DNA from: Tubiluchus corallicola
Taxonomy: Eukaryota > Animalia > Priapulida
Direction: 5' to 3'
Assembly (NCBI GenBank): GCA_030141605.1
Contig: JAQGDQ010000059.1
Coordinates: 705,768-769,767 of the forward strand
DNA length: 64,000 nucleotides
In this document: positions 42,347 through 55,384 of the stretch, piece after piece
Numbering within the stretch: position 1 is the first letter of the stretch
How the letters are laid out: every line of letters starts with the position of its first letter
Position numbers and translations under genes: made by a program
Notes under the pieces: generated by a model
What the model was told of the DNA's origin: nothing
Databases searched by the model: none
The model's input: only the letters and a program-made list of their open reading frames with translations

Positions 42347-45197
42347 ATAATGGGATGCTTTAAAAACTTATTGTTGTTTATTTAATAATTTTAAAACGTT
42401 GAATAATTGATGCTACATTGCTCATTTCACTTTCGTGGCATTGTCTCTATTACTCTACCATGGAAATGACGTGTTAAGTAATTAACTTAGCAAATTTTAT
42501 TCTGCAAGACACTCCATTTCTTGCTGCAGAGCTTCTATGTAAAGCTGAGCTGGAATTATAGAACACAACGTGTGGATTTTTTATCGCCTTCTTCTTATGA
42601 TGCATAAAGTTTATCTTGAAATTACATCTCTGAGGAAGCGTAACATTAGCTTATCAACTAATTTGAAGAAAAAGTTGTAGCATTTGTTTAAAACGCAAAA
42701 TTATCAAGGTACAACTGCATGGGCTGAGAAATAAACGTTTTGAGGGTCCAATGAGCGACGAATGGGCGTTGAGCTTGTTGAGGAATTAGTGAGTCAAGAG
42801 GTGCTAAAACTGCAGAGGATCACAATCGTGCTCGGTGTGGTCTGTATTTTGACCACGTTTAGTCTGTGGTTACAACATAAATATTCCTTTTTTCCTCGCT
42901 GGCAGAAAGGCTTGTTTTGAGGTTTGTAATGACAGCACTCTCGTTTTTAAATGTCCTGAATAAATTTACTGCGTTCAACTAGACGATCTCACTCATCTTG
43001 TTACTACATTATTACACAAACTCTTATGCTCCATGGAGAGCTTGCCTTTCGTAAATTAAATTGCATTGATTCTCTGCAGTGAAGGCCGGACGTTTGTGAA
43101 AGATGTTGCGTATTTTGCTGATGTCAAAATTATGCAGCTCAGTAAGAAAGCAGAAATACCGGAAATAAACGCAGGCCTGTCTGTTTTATTGTTCTTTGGC
43201 TGCTACACTCCTGCACAGTACTCACCAAAAACTTTTGCCAATACTTCCATTTGTACAGAACTGCACAAGCCACCAAACAATCAATAGTAAAGATATTTTT
43301 TATAAGTAAAAGCACGGGTGTTTTCTTGATTTTCGCGTTCGGCCTAACACAACAACTAACCGGCATCAGTTCTGTACCATTGGTTAATTCCAAGAACCCG
43401 GCAATCAAACCACTCGGATGTGGTTACATTGCCATATTTATAATAAATTATAAATGTTCGTTAAAATATTTTATCTAAGATAGCTAATATAAATCCAACA
43501 CATCAATGTTAATCGTTTTGGACTAATGATCCATAATTTATTAGTGCTGTATAACAAAAAAATAAAACGCACATGCAAAGCACAAATGCAGTTTCAACAA
43601 TGAGATATGTAATGACACAAACATTACAAAATTTAGGCTAACTACATTTAATTTCCAAATTATAGGGTATGTCCTGCCAGAAATACAAAGTCGTCATTAA
43701 GAATTCGAGTAACATCGGTGTGATTAAATAGTTCACTTTGACAGAATTATGGACAATTCATAGCAAAATATGAATTCATCTTAAACTCATTTCTTTTCAT
43801 CTTTAATTTCGTTTCGCACTTTTCGGTAAAAGTTTTTGTTGGTCTCATACTATGTTAGATCCGTACACAAATTATTTATTTGAAATTACCGATATATGAA
43901 GGAATAGTTTATATAATGAGCTTGGCCCTTCTCTTGTCCAATCACATTATCCTACTCGTAGTTAGTGCTATGCTGATGAACCTTATCTATAACTGATAGC
44001 AGCGTCTAATAGAATTTTCATATAGTTTTGAAAGAAAACGACATTCTGGTAATTTTATTTTTATTCTTATATTTATACTTTAAAAGAATTTAAACGCGAT
44101 ATTTGGTGTATAAGTCCACACCTTCACTAAATTCGTGATTCACAATTTGATAACGGCCGACCGTAGATGAACATTTTCCACAGTTAAACTGGGAATAATT
44201 TTGCAATTACTTGTCGGATTTTGATTGAATTTGAATAAATGGATTGAAATCAGAACGCAGACTTCACATCGCATCACAGTCAATAAGCACCACACTATCA
44301 CCATGCCCAAAACACATGATCATTTTTCTATGATTAACCAAGTCTCAGTAACAATCAGTTCTTATAATATCTCGATAAAAACAATAAATTACGGTTTTAC
44401 TTGAAATATTATTCAATTAATAGGATACAAAAAGTTTGGTTGACTACAGGCGAAAATTTAAAGTTGATTCACAATCGATGTTCGATAATCAGGAATAAAA
44501 AGCCTGCCTGAAAATTAGAAATACTTAAAAGCCTGTCCGAAAAGCATCGACTTATCTTGCAAAACGTGTTGGACTTGGTTACGTAAGTTTTAAGTCAAAC
44601 ACTGAAGGTTAATTATAAGTTGCAATTAAATTTGTATGACGTCATTTGTTCTTGCCTGGGCATTTATGCTGTCTCAAACTCTGCCTCTAGACGAAATCAA
44701 TGAATTAGTTAACTGAAAATCATATTTTTCGTTTTATAAAGTATGCTTTGCCCGCAATTCAATTTCTTGTTTTACTTCAAGTTGCTTACTTTATTATTAA
44801 CTTTTGTCATAGTATTGTAATAAATAAAACAATGAATAAAAAACTAAATGAATAGCTAAAAAACAAAAGACTAATATTTGTGAACAGTGCAATTATTTCG
44901 AAAGTTGCTGTAAACGCCTAAAATACCCATCAAGTATAACTAAATGAACAAACGGATTTGAAACACCATCCATTGTTTATCAGTCTCACGGTACCAGAAA
45001 TATCATATTCAAACGCATTTGGCCATAAGAAGCAACATTTGGCGCCAACTGGACACTGGGCTTGGAAGAAAAGTGGAAATCAACACGTAATGCTACATGT
45101 TCTTTTCTTGTCAACGGGTTAGCTTGTTTGCGGGAAAGATTTATGAGATCGCCGATTTAGCGATCTTGTCTTTTGAACAGCGAAACACTGTGGCAAA

Positions 45198-45207
45198 GTC
45201 ACGTGAC
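45198..45207. promoter_or_regulatory. Perfect extended E-box palindrome GTCACGTGAC (USF/MiT-TFE CLEAR-type) in a promoter-like region
   Basis: A 10-bp palindrome in a CpG-containing GC-richer patch, followed by consensus splice donors at 45315 (GTAAGG) and 45382 (GTAAGT). Confidence 0.45.
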
Positions 45208-46643
45208 CTGCTCAGAGTCTAGGCTTCGCTATTGTGTGCGCGTTGCGTGCTGAATTGCTGAATTAGTTGTTTGACGTGAGCAAAGCAGAGGTGTGAGTTT
45301 GTGGGCAGGCTCTGGTAAGGAAGAAGTGGTCTAGGGCTTCATACTATATAAGTGCTACTGAGCTAACGAGTTGAGGTATTGGTAAGTACGACTCTTTTGT
45401 TATGAAAAAAGATGCTGCTTTTCCAAACGAGTAGAGAGAAACGTTTGATTTAAATGTATATGTTGTATTCGCAAAGCGTCAAACCTTACGCGTGCTACTG
45501 CCTATGACAAATTAGAAATATTTTCTAGTAGAGGCACTGAAAATTTGTCAGTGGCTATTTTGACCTGCAGCAAAGAATAAACCATAGAAATAGCCGATAT
45601 GGAGATGATGAAGAAGAGGAGGGACAATAAAAAGGTATCAAACTATAAGGAGAGCAAATGAATTATACTGAAGGGTAAACTGATTTTGATGGATGCTTGG
45701 CGACCATGAATGGATCACTTAAGATCAAAAGTTAATTTCCTGAAACTTTTTTTGGCCGTGTGGGTTCTAATTTAATTAATTGAATTGATAAGTGGGTAAA
45801 GAGGCCAAACAGTAAAATATGAAAGCCAGTTAATTTGTGGTATTTTAAAAATGATATCAGACAACAATTATCATTTTGCAAAGTAATTCCATGACGGCAG
45901 GTGTCCACGAACGACTATGCTGAACTGTGAGATTACATTAATATCATCAGTTACTGATCTATTTAATTTTTTAGAAATTTTTACTTGAAAAGAGCATGAG
46001 CCAGTGAGAAACAAACAGCCGTAGAAAATATTTCATGAATAATTTTAAACAATCACTAATACTGACCCAATATTAGGCCAAAAGTCAAGGTCATACAGGT
46101 AACTTGGTGTCTAAAAAGACTTGAAACTGGAAAACTGCTAAGAAGTTTAGCAAAACCAACTTGTTTAACGCGTATAACTGATAGCGCCTAATTTTAGTCG
46201 GTAATTTGTGTCTTTGTTTCAGTAGTTTTTAGTGAAATATCAATTATACCTGAAATACTGTAAGAAAATATTACCGGTTTGTACCAAAAATCGTCTTGAG
46301 ATTGATTTAAGAAGTTCAAGCATTTTTGCGAAGTTAATCAACGCCTGGTCTGATTAGTAATGGATGAATGACAGCTCAGAAAATTGAGTCGTGGCCGCTT
46401 TATCTGCCTTCACCTGTTTCTTTTAAATAAGGCACGTGGCTAATACACCTATGCTGGTTTAGTATCGTCTCAGGATTATGACACACACACTGCGTGCAAA
46501 TTATCCGTTTGTGGACTGCGCTTTCGTGCCGACAACCGTCAGTTGCATCCAGTCTGGTCAGTGCGCAACATGTGGATTCAGCAGCACATGTGCGTAAGGA
46601 TCATGTGGACTGATTACACGCTGTCACGTAATATGCCTGATAT

Positions 46644-46735
46644 CCTTCCCTCCACAAATCTTCTTCCCAGCACAATGCTACTTTCCTGCACAATTCTACT
46701 TTTTTGCACAATACCACTTTCCTGTACAATGCTAC
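46644..46735. repeat. 18-bp minisatellite, ~5 degenerate copies
   Basis: Units resembling CTTTCCTGCACAATGCTA. Confidence 0.8.
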
Positions 46736-49149
46736 ACCAACATGAATCGGTATACTACTCTCTCTTTATTCGCAAAAACTGCGCAAATCGCTTTTTTGTC
46801 AAACGTTCTTGGTACAAAAAATAAAGTTCGTATTGTTTGTGTTTTTATTTGTGACGTACACCCACGAGCTTGTTGTTTTATAATTTCTTTGTAAAAGTTT
46901 TATTTTCCAAATAAACGAAACTCACCTAACTATTAAAATGTCCAGTTGTTTTGCAGTTCTAACAATCTCCTCCCACCATTTATAAATTTTCAATTCATCA
47001 AATTACGGAATCTTTATAACCTAGATATGAGCCAGACGGTATAATTGTAAGCAAGTGATCTAATCGTGATAGCCACATGTAAAAATTCATCTTTTCCTTG
47101 CGGAAGACGCCACACCAACCGATAACATATGAAAGCCTAACCGGGTCGTTTCAACCGTATGGGTCCGTATCGTTTGTCATCAGACAATCAGCTTGCATGT
47201 GTGCGCGCCTTGCCCACAATAATGACAAAGGTTTCGGTCAAACCACAACAATCTACATTAAGTGGACATTGTCGTTGAGTAGTGAATAAAAATGAAGAAT
47301 GGTAAACCGTATAAAAAAACTGTACGGCTTTGCTGACACCGCCATTATTATGGACCTCAGATTTAACAAGTACGGACTGAGCTACGTTTAAAGAGATTGC
47401 GCTCAAATGCAAAGCTTCGCTAAGAAAAAATAGCTGGATTTATATGGCTTTGTTACAGATTTTTCCGAGAAATGGAACACAACATCATTAGTTTCCAAAC
47501 TCTCAGAACACTAGCTCAACAGCTTGTATGCAATTCGACCTAAGTAATTATTGCAGCTACGAAAAGTACTCATCAGAAGTTTGTTTTAGACCACATACCA
47601 ATTCAGTAATCTGGTTGTAAAAATTCATCGTTTGAAACTGTAGTCACTGGTGTCCTGCCAAGACTATAGATTATATATAGAATATACTAATTAGCAATAT
47701 AGAAATGGAACGTAAACGAAACGTTACATCGGTGGTTTATAATATATTTATAAGTAGTATATACCTATTACCGGCAAGAAGTTTTAGATAAATATTATTT
47801 TAAAGATAAAATCTTGATGGATCTTGGAAAAATTAGATGGAGATATCTTGTCTACAGTCTATACAACAGTTGGCAGAGTTGCAATAGCTGCACATTCAAA
47901 TGCATTTTTGGATTAATTGTATTGAGGAAAAGTAAACATATCATTTATATTCAGTACAGGTATAAATAGTTGCAGTGCCGTGTACTGTAGTTCAACGTAC
48001 AAAAGGTCGAAGTTTTCTTATGAGAAACTGATTTGTTATTATTCAGAAATGTTTTCAATTACTTTAACGCATCGCTCGTGTCTCATTCATTTTTGAATTT
48101 TTCTCTTCCGGCGGGCATTTGCACATGAAAAGAAGAGACATGTAAATGCTTTAGATGTCTTGGAATCCTATTAGATTTTATTTCTTCAGCTTAATCAACG
48201 CTGTGCTTTAAAACGGAAATGTGCGCCATTGATTTTTTTTTTGTTGCGTTGCCACGAATGTTCCTGGCTGTCGTTTAGTATTTGTTCTTTTCCCGCGACT
48301 GCCTCAAATGGTATTAGCAAAAATAAAAATAATAATATAAAATATGTTGAGTTGATGGTTTAAGCTAAGTAAGGAAGACCTTGCTAAACTAAATTTGCTA
48401 GGTCCTGCAGTGACAGTAATCACATAACTCAAAGATCGAAATTACCTTTTATTACTAAAATTTTATGAAATTGATGAAAAAAATGAATGGACAGTCACAG
48501 TCGTAATAGCATGGTAAATTACTTGGCAAGCATAATCAGCAAGAAAACCTGTAAACTCTACTTTGCGTTACTAACAGCGACATGATTTCATTATTTCAAC
48601 CCATATTCTTTTTATTGCAGACGCCTTATTAAACTGTTGAACTACACGAACTTATATAATGTGATGCTCTTTCAATTACTTCACAGTTTTTCGCCGGTTT
48701 AGTTGACATAATTGTTACACACATAAAAATATGACAAAATTATAGGCCTATAGTATGATATATAATTTTAAGCTATTATTCATTCCCCTCGAATCATGCT
48801 GCGATACAAGTATAGACTACTCCTGTAGTTATTGCTTTGTCATATAATTAGTGTCAAAAGGTTCTACAGCTTGCTTAAGAGTTATTGTAATTATGTACAG
48901 CAAACTACTGCCATGCCCCTGGGAGAGAGAATATTCATAGACACATCTCTCTAGCTTGACCATGATTATTTATAATGCATAGCTACACGTGTTCAAAATA
49001 AACCTAGTAATTATGTGTAGGCTGAGTTCTGAAGTTGGCAAAATAATTGCCTAAACGAGTTCAAGCGCCTTATGCCTTTTGCTATAGCTGTTTCAGCCTG
49101 CGACTGCTCAACTTACCATTTGCATAACTTACTATAGCTGTTTCAATAA

Positions 49150-49743
49150 TAATCATAAAATAAGTTAGAAAACGTTACAAATTTCAGACAACTTCTTCAC
49201 TCACAGACATATCTGTAGAAATCATAACAAATACTAGAATATGCTAAAGCTTATTAAATAGAATCTCTCCACCACTTTAAAAAGAAATTAAAAGAATATC
49301 AGTATAACCGGTTTCAACTTCCACATTGTGCATCTGATACTAATTACACAGACTCAACTTTCATCTACCCCCGCCCCTGACTCCATAAAACGATTAAAAA
49401 TGAATTTTTTTTAAAAAATTATGTAATGTAATACGTGTTATGTTAGTTTTGTAATGTCAAATGTATGTCATGTCAAACGTATATATAGTGTAAAATATGT
49501 CATGTAAAATTTAATGTACTTTTGTAATATTGTTTTGTAAAAATATTTTAATATGGTGTTTGTAAATATGTTAATTTATTGTACATAATTAGGCCTTAGT
49601 TTTGCACTTTAGTTATTTTAGTATGCTCTGGATGCATTTGTCTTGAACAGTGTTGTTATTTTAACATTACGCTGAGGCTTACTCAATTTTATTATAATGA
49701 GTGAACCATTTTAAAGACAAATAAAGAATTAATACATATATGT

Positions 49744-49778
<35 letters not shown>
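49150..49778 (+). mobile_element. Possible LINE 3' end with a (GATA)n tail
   Basis: An SLHHFKKKLKEY-like remnant at ~49265-49300, an AT-rich 3' UTR, AATAAA at ~49720 and a (TAGA)n run at 49744-49778. Confidence 0.35.
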
Positions 49779-49779
<1 letters not shown>

Positions 49780-52778
49780 AATTAAAAGTAGGCAATTAGA
49801 GGGTTCATGACATACAACGAAAAAATAACGTCAAAATTACCTCGGGAACTTTTCAGAAGGGTTGCAAAGAATATAAAGGACGCAAGTTTAACCAATCCGG
49901 ATCAGATTCCTCTTGATGACTCCAGGTGTCGTGCCGCTACATGTGGTGTAAGTGGTGTGTATTGTCTTGATCCTTGACAAGTTAGTCGTTCTGTTAATAC
50001 ACAGCAAAACCTTCTTTAAATACCCTTATTTCATTACAAGAGTCATAACCACCTAAAGTTTAAGGTACAAAACTTCTTCATGTTTTTATTTTTCCAGAGC
50101 TGCTTAAATGTGTTCTTCTATGCATTTCGTTAACTATATCTTTGAAGTATATTGCAATGTTATCTGGAAGCTATTTCTTGCACCGCGTTCGTACAAAATC
50201 GCTATCATTTTGCCATTCTCTTTTTGCATCAAAAACCAATTAACTTTGTAATTATTCTCGATATATCAAAGACAGGCTGCATTATCCAACAAAGTTATTA
50301 TTGACATTAAAACCAAGTAAAACTTCTCTTGTCTTGGTGAATAATTAACTTCGTTTAATGGCTGACCGCGCAGCATGTTTACCAGAAACAATGTGCTCCT
50401 GCTTACGTCGTGATGCTGTTTACAAAATTTGTTTACATTTTTGTTCATGTTTGCTAAAAAATAAGGAATGCAAATCCAGACGAGTGAATCGCAAGTTGCG
50501 TTTAGAAAGTGATGCCATTTTGTCAGGGTGTGCTACCTACAAAATCATTATTTTGCCATCACTGCACAGCTTGCACAAGTATTTCTGGATGAAGAGAGAT
50601 CGGGAAGGGCCAATCCACCAGTGGGGTCCTCTTCACAATGGCTGTTTCAGGCATTCTAGCTGGCTAGCCGCTCCGGTGCCACAAATCTTTCTCATATTTT
50701 TTCAAATTTTAGTTCACGTTTCGCGTTGTATAACGTAACAATGTAATATAATGGACTTCAAATTTCTAGTTTTCATGCACTATACATGTACAGTGAGAGG
50801 TTGCCAGATAGGATAATGTACAGAACATGATAGGATTGTGTTAATTAAAGTTGTAGTTAGCTTGCGGCCCTCTTAATTATTATTCACAAAGATTAGCCGA
50901 AGAATGCATATGCGGCTCAAAACTTCTCTGATTCTTTATTATTATGCATTACTTTACGAGTCTGTGCTTTGTAGAGGGACTTGAAGTAAATGACCCACAG
51001 TTTACTGGCAAAATCAGTCCTATTTGTGTCTGCAGTACAGGATTTCTATTCAGCTTTCAAATAAAAATTAATTGCACACCACTAGTGACTAGACTCACAT
51101 TGGGCAGTGCATGCATTTCTGACACTGTCAGCCACTTATTGTTTTCTTAAACACATGCCATTCTAAGTTTTTTTATTATTCAGACAGAAAATAAAAGGCG
51201 AGCGCATATTAACCATCGATTGTCTTAATAGTGCTTAAGACATTTTTAAGCCTTTTCATCCTGTTAGTTAAAATCTGTTTAATTTTTGACATATCGTTCA
51301 TAATCGTTGGTTAAAAATTGCTAAATTTTCAAGTTTTTGTTACAATCGGCATGACTGGAAAAGAAATTTCTCATGTTCATTGGTTCTGTAGAGTGTACAT
51401 ACAGAACGGTTGAAGATTCTGGTGTTTCAGATTTGACACTTTTTGCGTTTACGACTAGATTGCCGGTACGATATCATTTAGCGTTTTAATGCAGTGACTA
51501 CACTACCACTTAATTTATTGGGCTCCGCTTAAAGTGCGGATAACTGCCAACTCTATCTTTATTTTTTATTTTTTTCAGAAATAAATGCTTCAAAATCAAA
51601 CACAAGCCACGCCGCATTCATTAATTAAAGTTTTGGGCTTGGTAACAGTGTTGCTTCGCAATTAATGTCTTAATCGAGAATCTAGCTTGTACATGCTGTC
51701 ATTATCTCGCAATCACATCAGTGATCAATTTACTTCTTGTCACTGAGCTAGAAACTTTGTTCGACATTTTTCCTCACAAAAATTTTTATTCGGCCATTTT
51801 AAGCGCATTTCGGTCCAGTCGAATGACTGTAGATCTAGAAATGGAATGGTAGTTCGGAAATGATTGTTGTGAGGTCCCCGACCATGTAAAGGCTTTAAAA
51901 AACTTTTTAAACATTTTAGTTAGTGTCCTTGGTGGCAGCAACGAGAGTAAGACGAGAAAGGGCATTCTTTTTTCTCGCTATCGCTTCCTTTTCTCTGCTA
52001 GTTTAAAATTGGTATGCAGTGTCATTATTCTATCATACTAGAGTTATGCAGTAATCCAACGTCTAAGTGCTCAATGTTCTATTATAGATGCAAGCCTTCC
52101 CAAAGGTGATTTACATTCATGAGATGTATAATAATGATTTTGGAAAGCATGTCTGGAGTCTGTCAAATACATTGCAATAATTATCTAATTCTGATATTAG
52201 CACATAACGGCGGCAAAAGGTATATATCTGCTAAAATAAAAAGTAAAAACAATTTTTGATTTTTTAGAGCACGGGGATTTGCTTGTTAGTTTGTTTTTCG
52301 ATTGATCGTGCTTTAGTTGGTTCGTTTATTGCTGTTGTCATTTACTCGTTTTTAGTTTCCTTGCTTGTTCGTCAGTCCGTTGTGTCATTTGTTTGCGCAT
52401 CTGTCTGTCTGTCCGTCTGTTCCTGCATTTAATAACTTACACATTTAATCAAACATGTTAACCAATTTGTTCTTTGATTCTTGCTTTGCATTTTTACCTT
52501 ATTTATTTTGAAATGTTGTACGTCTGCTGTTCTACCTTTCTGTGTTTAATTTTTTGTCTGTAGGCCTATACTGCTTTTCTGGTTAGGTTACTATTTCACT
52601 AGAAAGCCTGCACCTTGTTTCTTGCAGTCATTTAATTTTTCGTTGATTCATGTTAGTGAATGGATGTCCTGATGAGCGCGATAACAAGACCTGAGATATG
52701 GAGGTCTTATTAGTTTATACAGGTCCACAACAATAACTCAACTGGGGCTTCTCTAATTACGAGAAGAAAAGGAAAAAG

Positions 52779-53017
<239 letters not shown>

Positions 53018-54320
53018 CTTTCTGAACTAACAAGTGAGAAATTAAGAAACCCGTCAAAAGAGCAACATATGTTAAACTTAATTAGATTTAGTCACGAGCA
53101 CATTAAGCTTAGAATTAAGCTCTGCTAGATAACTTAAAGCTTGCCATCTAATCAAGTTTATAAACTGCGTCAATGGTTTCTTGCAATTAGGGTTAACATG
53201 TACCTTTAATAGTTCCTTATTGATCAGAACCAGGAATATATGACCGCAATGTGCTAATTATGCATTAATTGGTCCTTTTCACACAAGTAATGAGTAACAC
53301 GCGCCTCTTTTAGTGTAATAATTTATGCCACATCAGGTCGCTAACTAATTATAATCTATATAATATTGTAATGCTAAAGCAAGTTTTGGGAACGATATTA
53401 GTGTGACTTCATCCACTCCCTTTATTACGTTTGATAGGCAAAATATTTATGTGAGCCAAATAGTTGTATGATCAATATTAAAAAATTGTTACAAACCCAG
53501 TACAAAAGTATTAATTCTTCATCGATGTGTTTTTATTACATTTTAATGGCATTTTCATATATGCTCGCATGTAGCAATGAAATAAAAATATATAGCAAAA
53601 TACTACAGCATTAATAAAAAACTTTTACTTGGAATAGCCACTATGGCACACTTAATGCTCAAAAACGTTTTTTGTAAACTTAACAAACATTGAACTAGCA
53701 CTGAACAGTCAAATACAATAATGGTACATGAAGTGCAAACTGTGTATGTTTTAATAAATTTAGTTTTTATTTCGGCATAAAGAATAACAATACCTATTAC
53801 TCTATAGCATGTTGTGTCTGTTAATTACAGTGGCGACAGATATAGTACTGTTTTCACTCTAATATACCATAGTGAAGAATAATAACTTGCTTTCTTGCAA
53901 AAATATATTTGTCACATGTTCTGTATTCTAACGACAAGCAAGCATGTAAGAAAGGTTTAACTTATGTAGACTATTTCCGGAGTGTCTCCCTTTGAATGTC
54001 ACTAACAACGATTCTTTTGAACCTTGTTGTGCACAAAACATTAAAGAGAAGCCTGGAAAAACGCAAAGGAAAAGCCTAGGAGCTATACAAAAAACGTAAT
54101 AGAAATGTATTATTTGCGCCATATTGGTATTTTATATAACTGGGGCTTGCTACTAAAACCGACAAACTGCCTATATCATACGACGTGCATTTGTTGTCTA
54201 GAAGGTAGCGGAAAAATATTAGTAAAAATAGAAACAGAAGTAAGCCTATATCGGCAATCCATGACGCATTACCTAACACTAGGTTGCACTTAGATATTTT
54301 GGCATATGTTCCATATTAGC

Positions 54321-54447
54321 ACGTTATGGAACATTAGAAAACTAACATTATTCATGTAAAAGTGTTATGGAACATTAGAAAACTAACATTCTTCATGTAA
54401 AAGCGTTATGGAATTAGAAAACTAACACTCTTCATGGAACACTCGAA
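54321..54447 (+). repeat. Tandem array of three ~41-bp units, member of a dispersed repeat family
   Basis: GTTATGGAACATTAGAAAACTAACATT(A/C)TTCATGTAAAA repeated head-to-tail without spacers. Confidence 0.9.
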
Positions 54448-54789
54448 CAGGATGCTCGGCAAAGAAACCACAACCAATTATTTACTGATCATTCACTTTT
54501 CCATGGCTATAAGCGGATTTTCCAGTTGAAACATCTGTTGTTGCAAGAATCGCGAATTCATAACTTACTACTGATGCCCATCAAGACAGTAACAAGTCTA
54601 TGATGCTAAACACTTCTGAATAAGTGTTAAAACATTCCGTGCTATACTTTTTAATGCAGAGTTTGCGTGTATTAAATCTCCTGAAAACGTGAAAAATTGT
54701 TAACCTATCTTCAATCAGCATTAATCACTGTATTAACCTATAATCATATCACAACTAGCCAAACCCTGCAAAAGAATTTTGCGCGTAAA

Positions 54790-55172
54790 TTCACAACAAC
54801 CCACACCACACCAACCTGCCACACCACTTTAAATACACCACACCACTACATACCTCCCACATCATACCGCAACACAACCCAACACCATACCACAACACCA
54901 CAACACCCACACAACAACCCACACTCACCACACCACACCACATAACCACCCACTACCCCACTCACAGCACACCATCCGCACCACACCACACCATGTCAAC
55001 CCACCACTCCACTAACAGCATACCACCCGCACCACACCACCCACACCATACCACAACACCACAGCAAAGCATACCCACCAAATTATCCACACCACACCAC
55101 TCAGACCACACCAAACTACACCCACAGCACACCACCACCACCACCACACCACACACCACCCACCACATCACA
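54790..55172. repeat. Degenerate (CCACA)n / (CAC)n low-complexity repeat
   Basis: ~380 bp C/A-rich tract. Confidence 0.9.
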
Positions 55173-55384
55173 TGGTGATCATGATGTTGATGGCGATCAT
55201 GACGACACCTACAGCACCAACAGTACAGTATCACAGCGAAACCATTCAGAACATTTTGCACAAAGTCGAAACTGTGTGCTATAATAAATGAACTTAGTCT
55301 GCCTACCAATGATCAATAATGCGCGGACATTCCACAAAGGTTTGTTTCTGCTTCTCAAATGACAATAGACTAACACAACTTACT

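Noticed and set aside
46428-46445. TAAGGCACG resembling the miR-124 seed
   Set aside because: The match ends after 9 nt and there is no convincing hairpin
54321-54447. 41-bp repeats as a CRISPR array
   Set aside because: The units are contiguous with no unique spacers, there are no cas genes, and the context is eukaryotic
54697-55309. His/Thr/Pro-rich and Val/Trp/Cys-rich ORFs
   Set aside because: Products of the CCACA low-complexity tract
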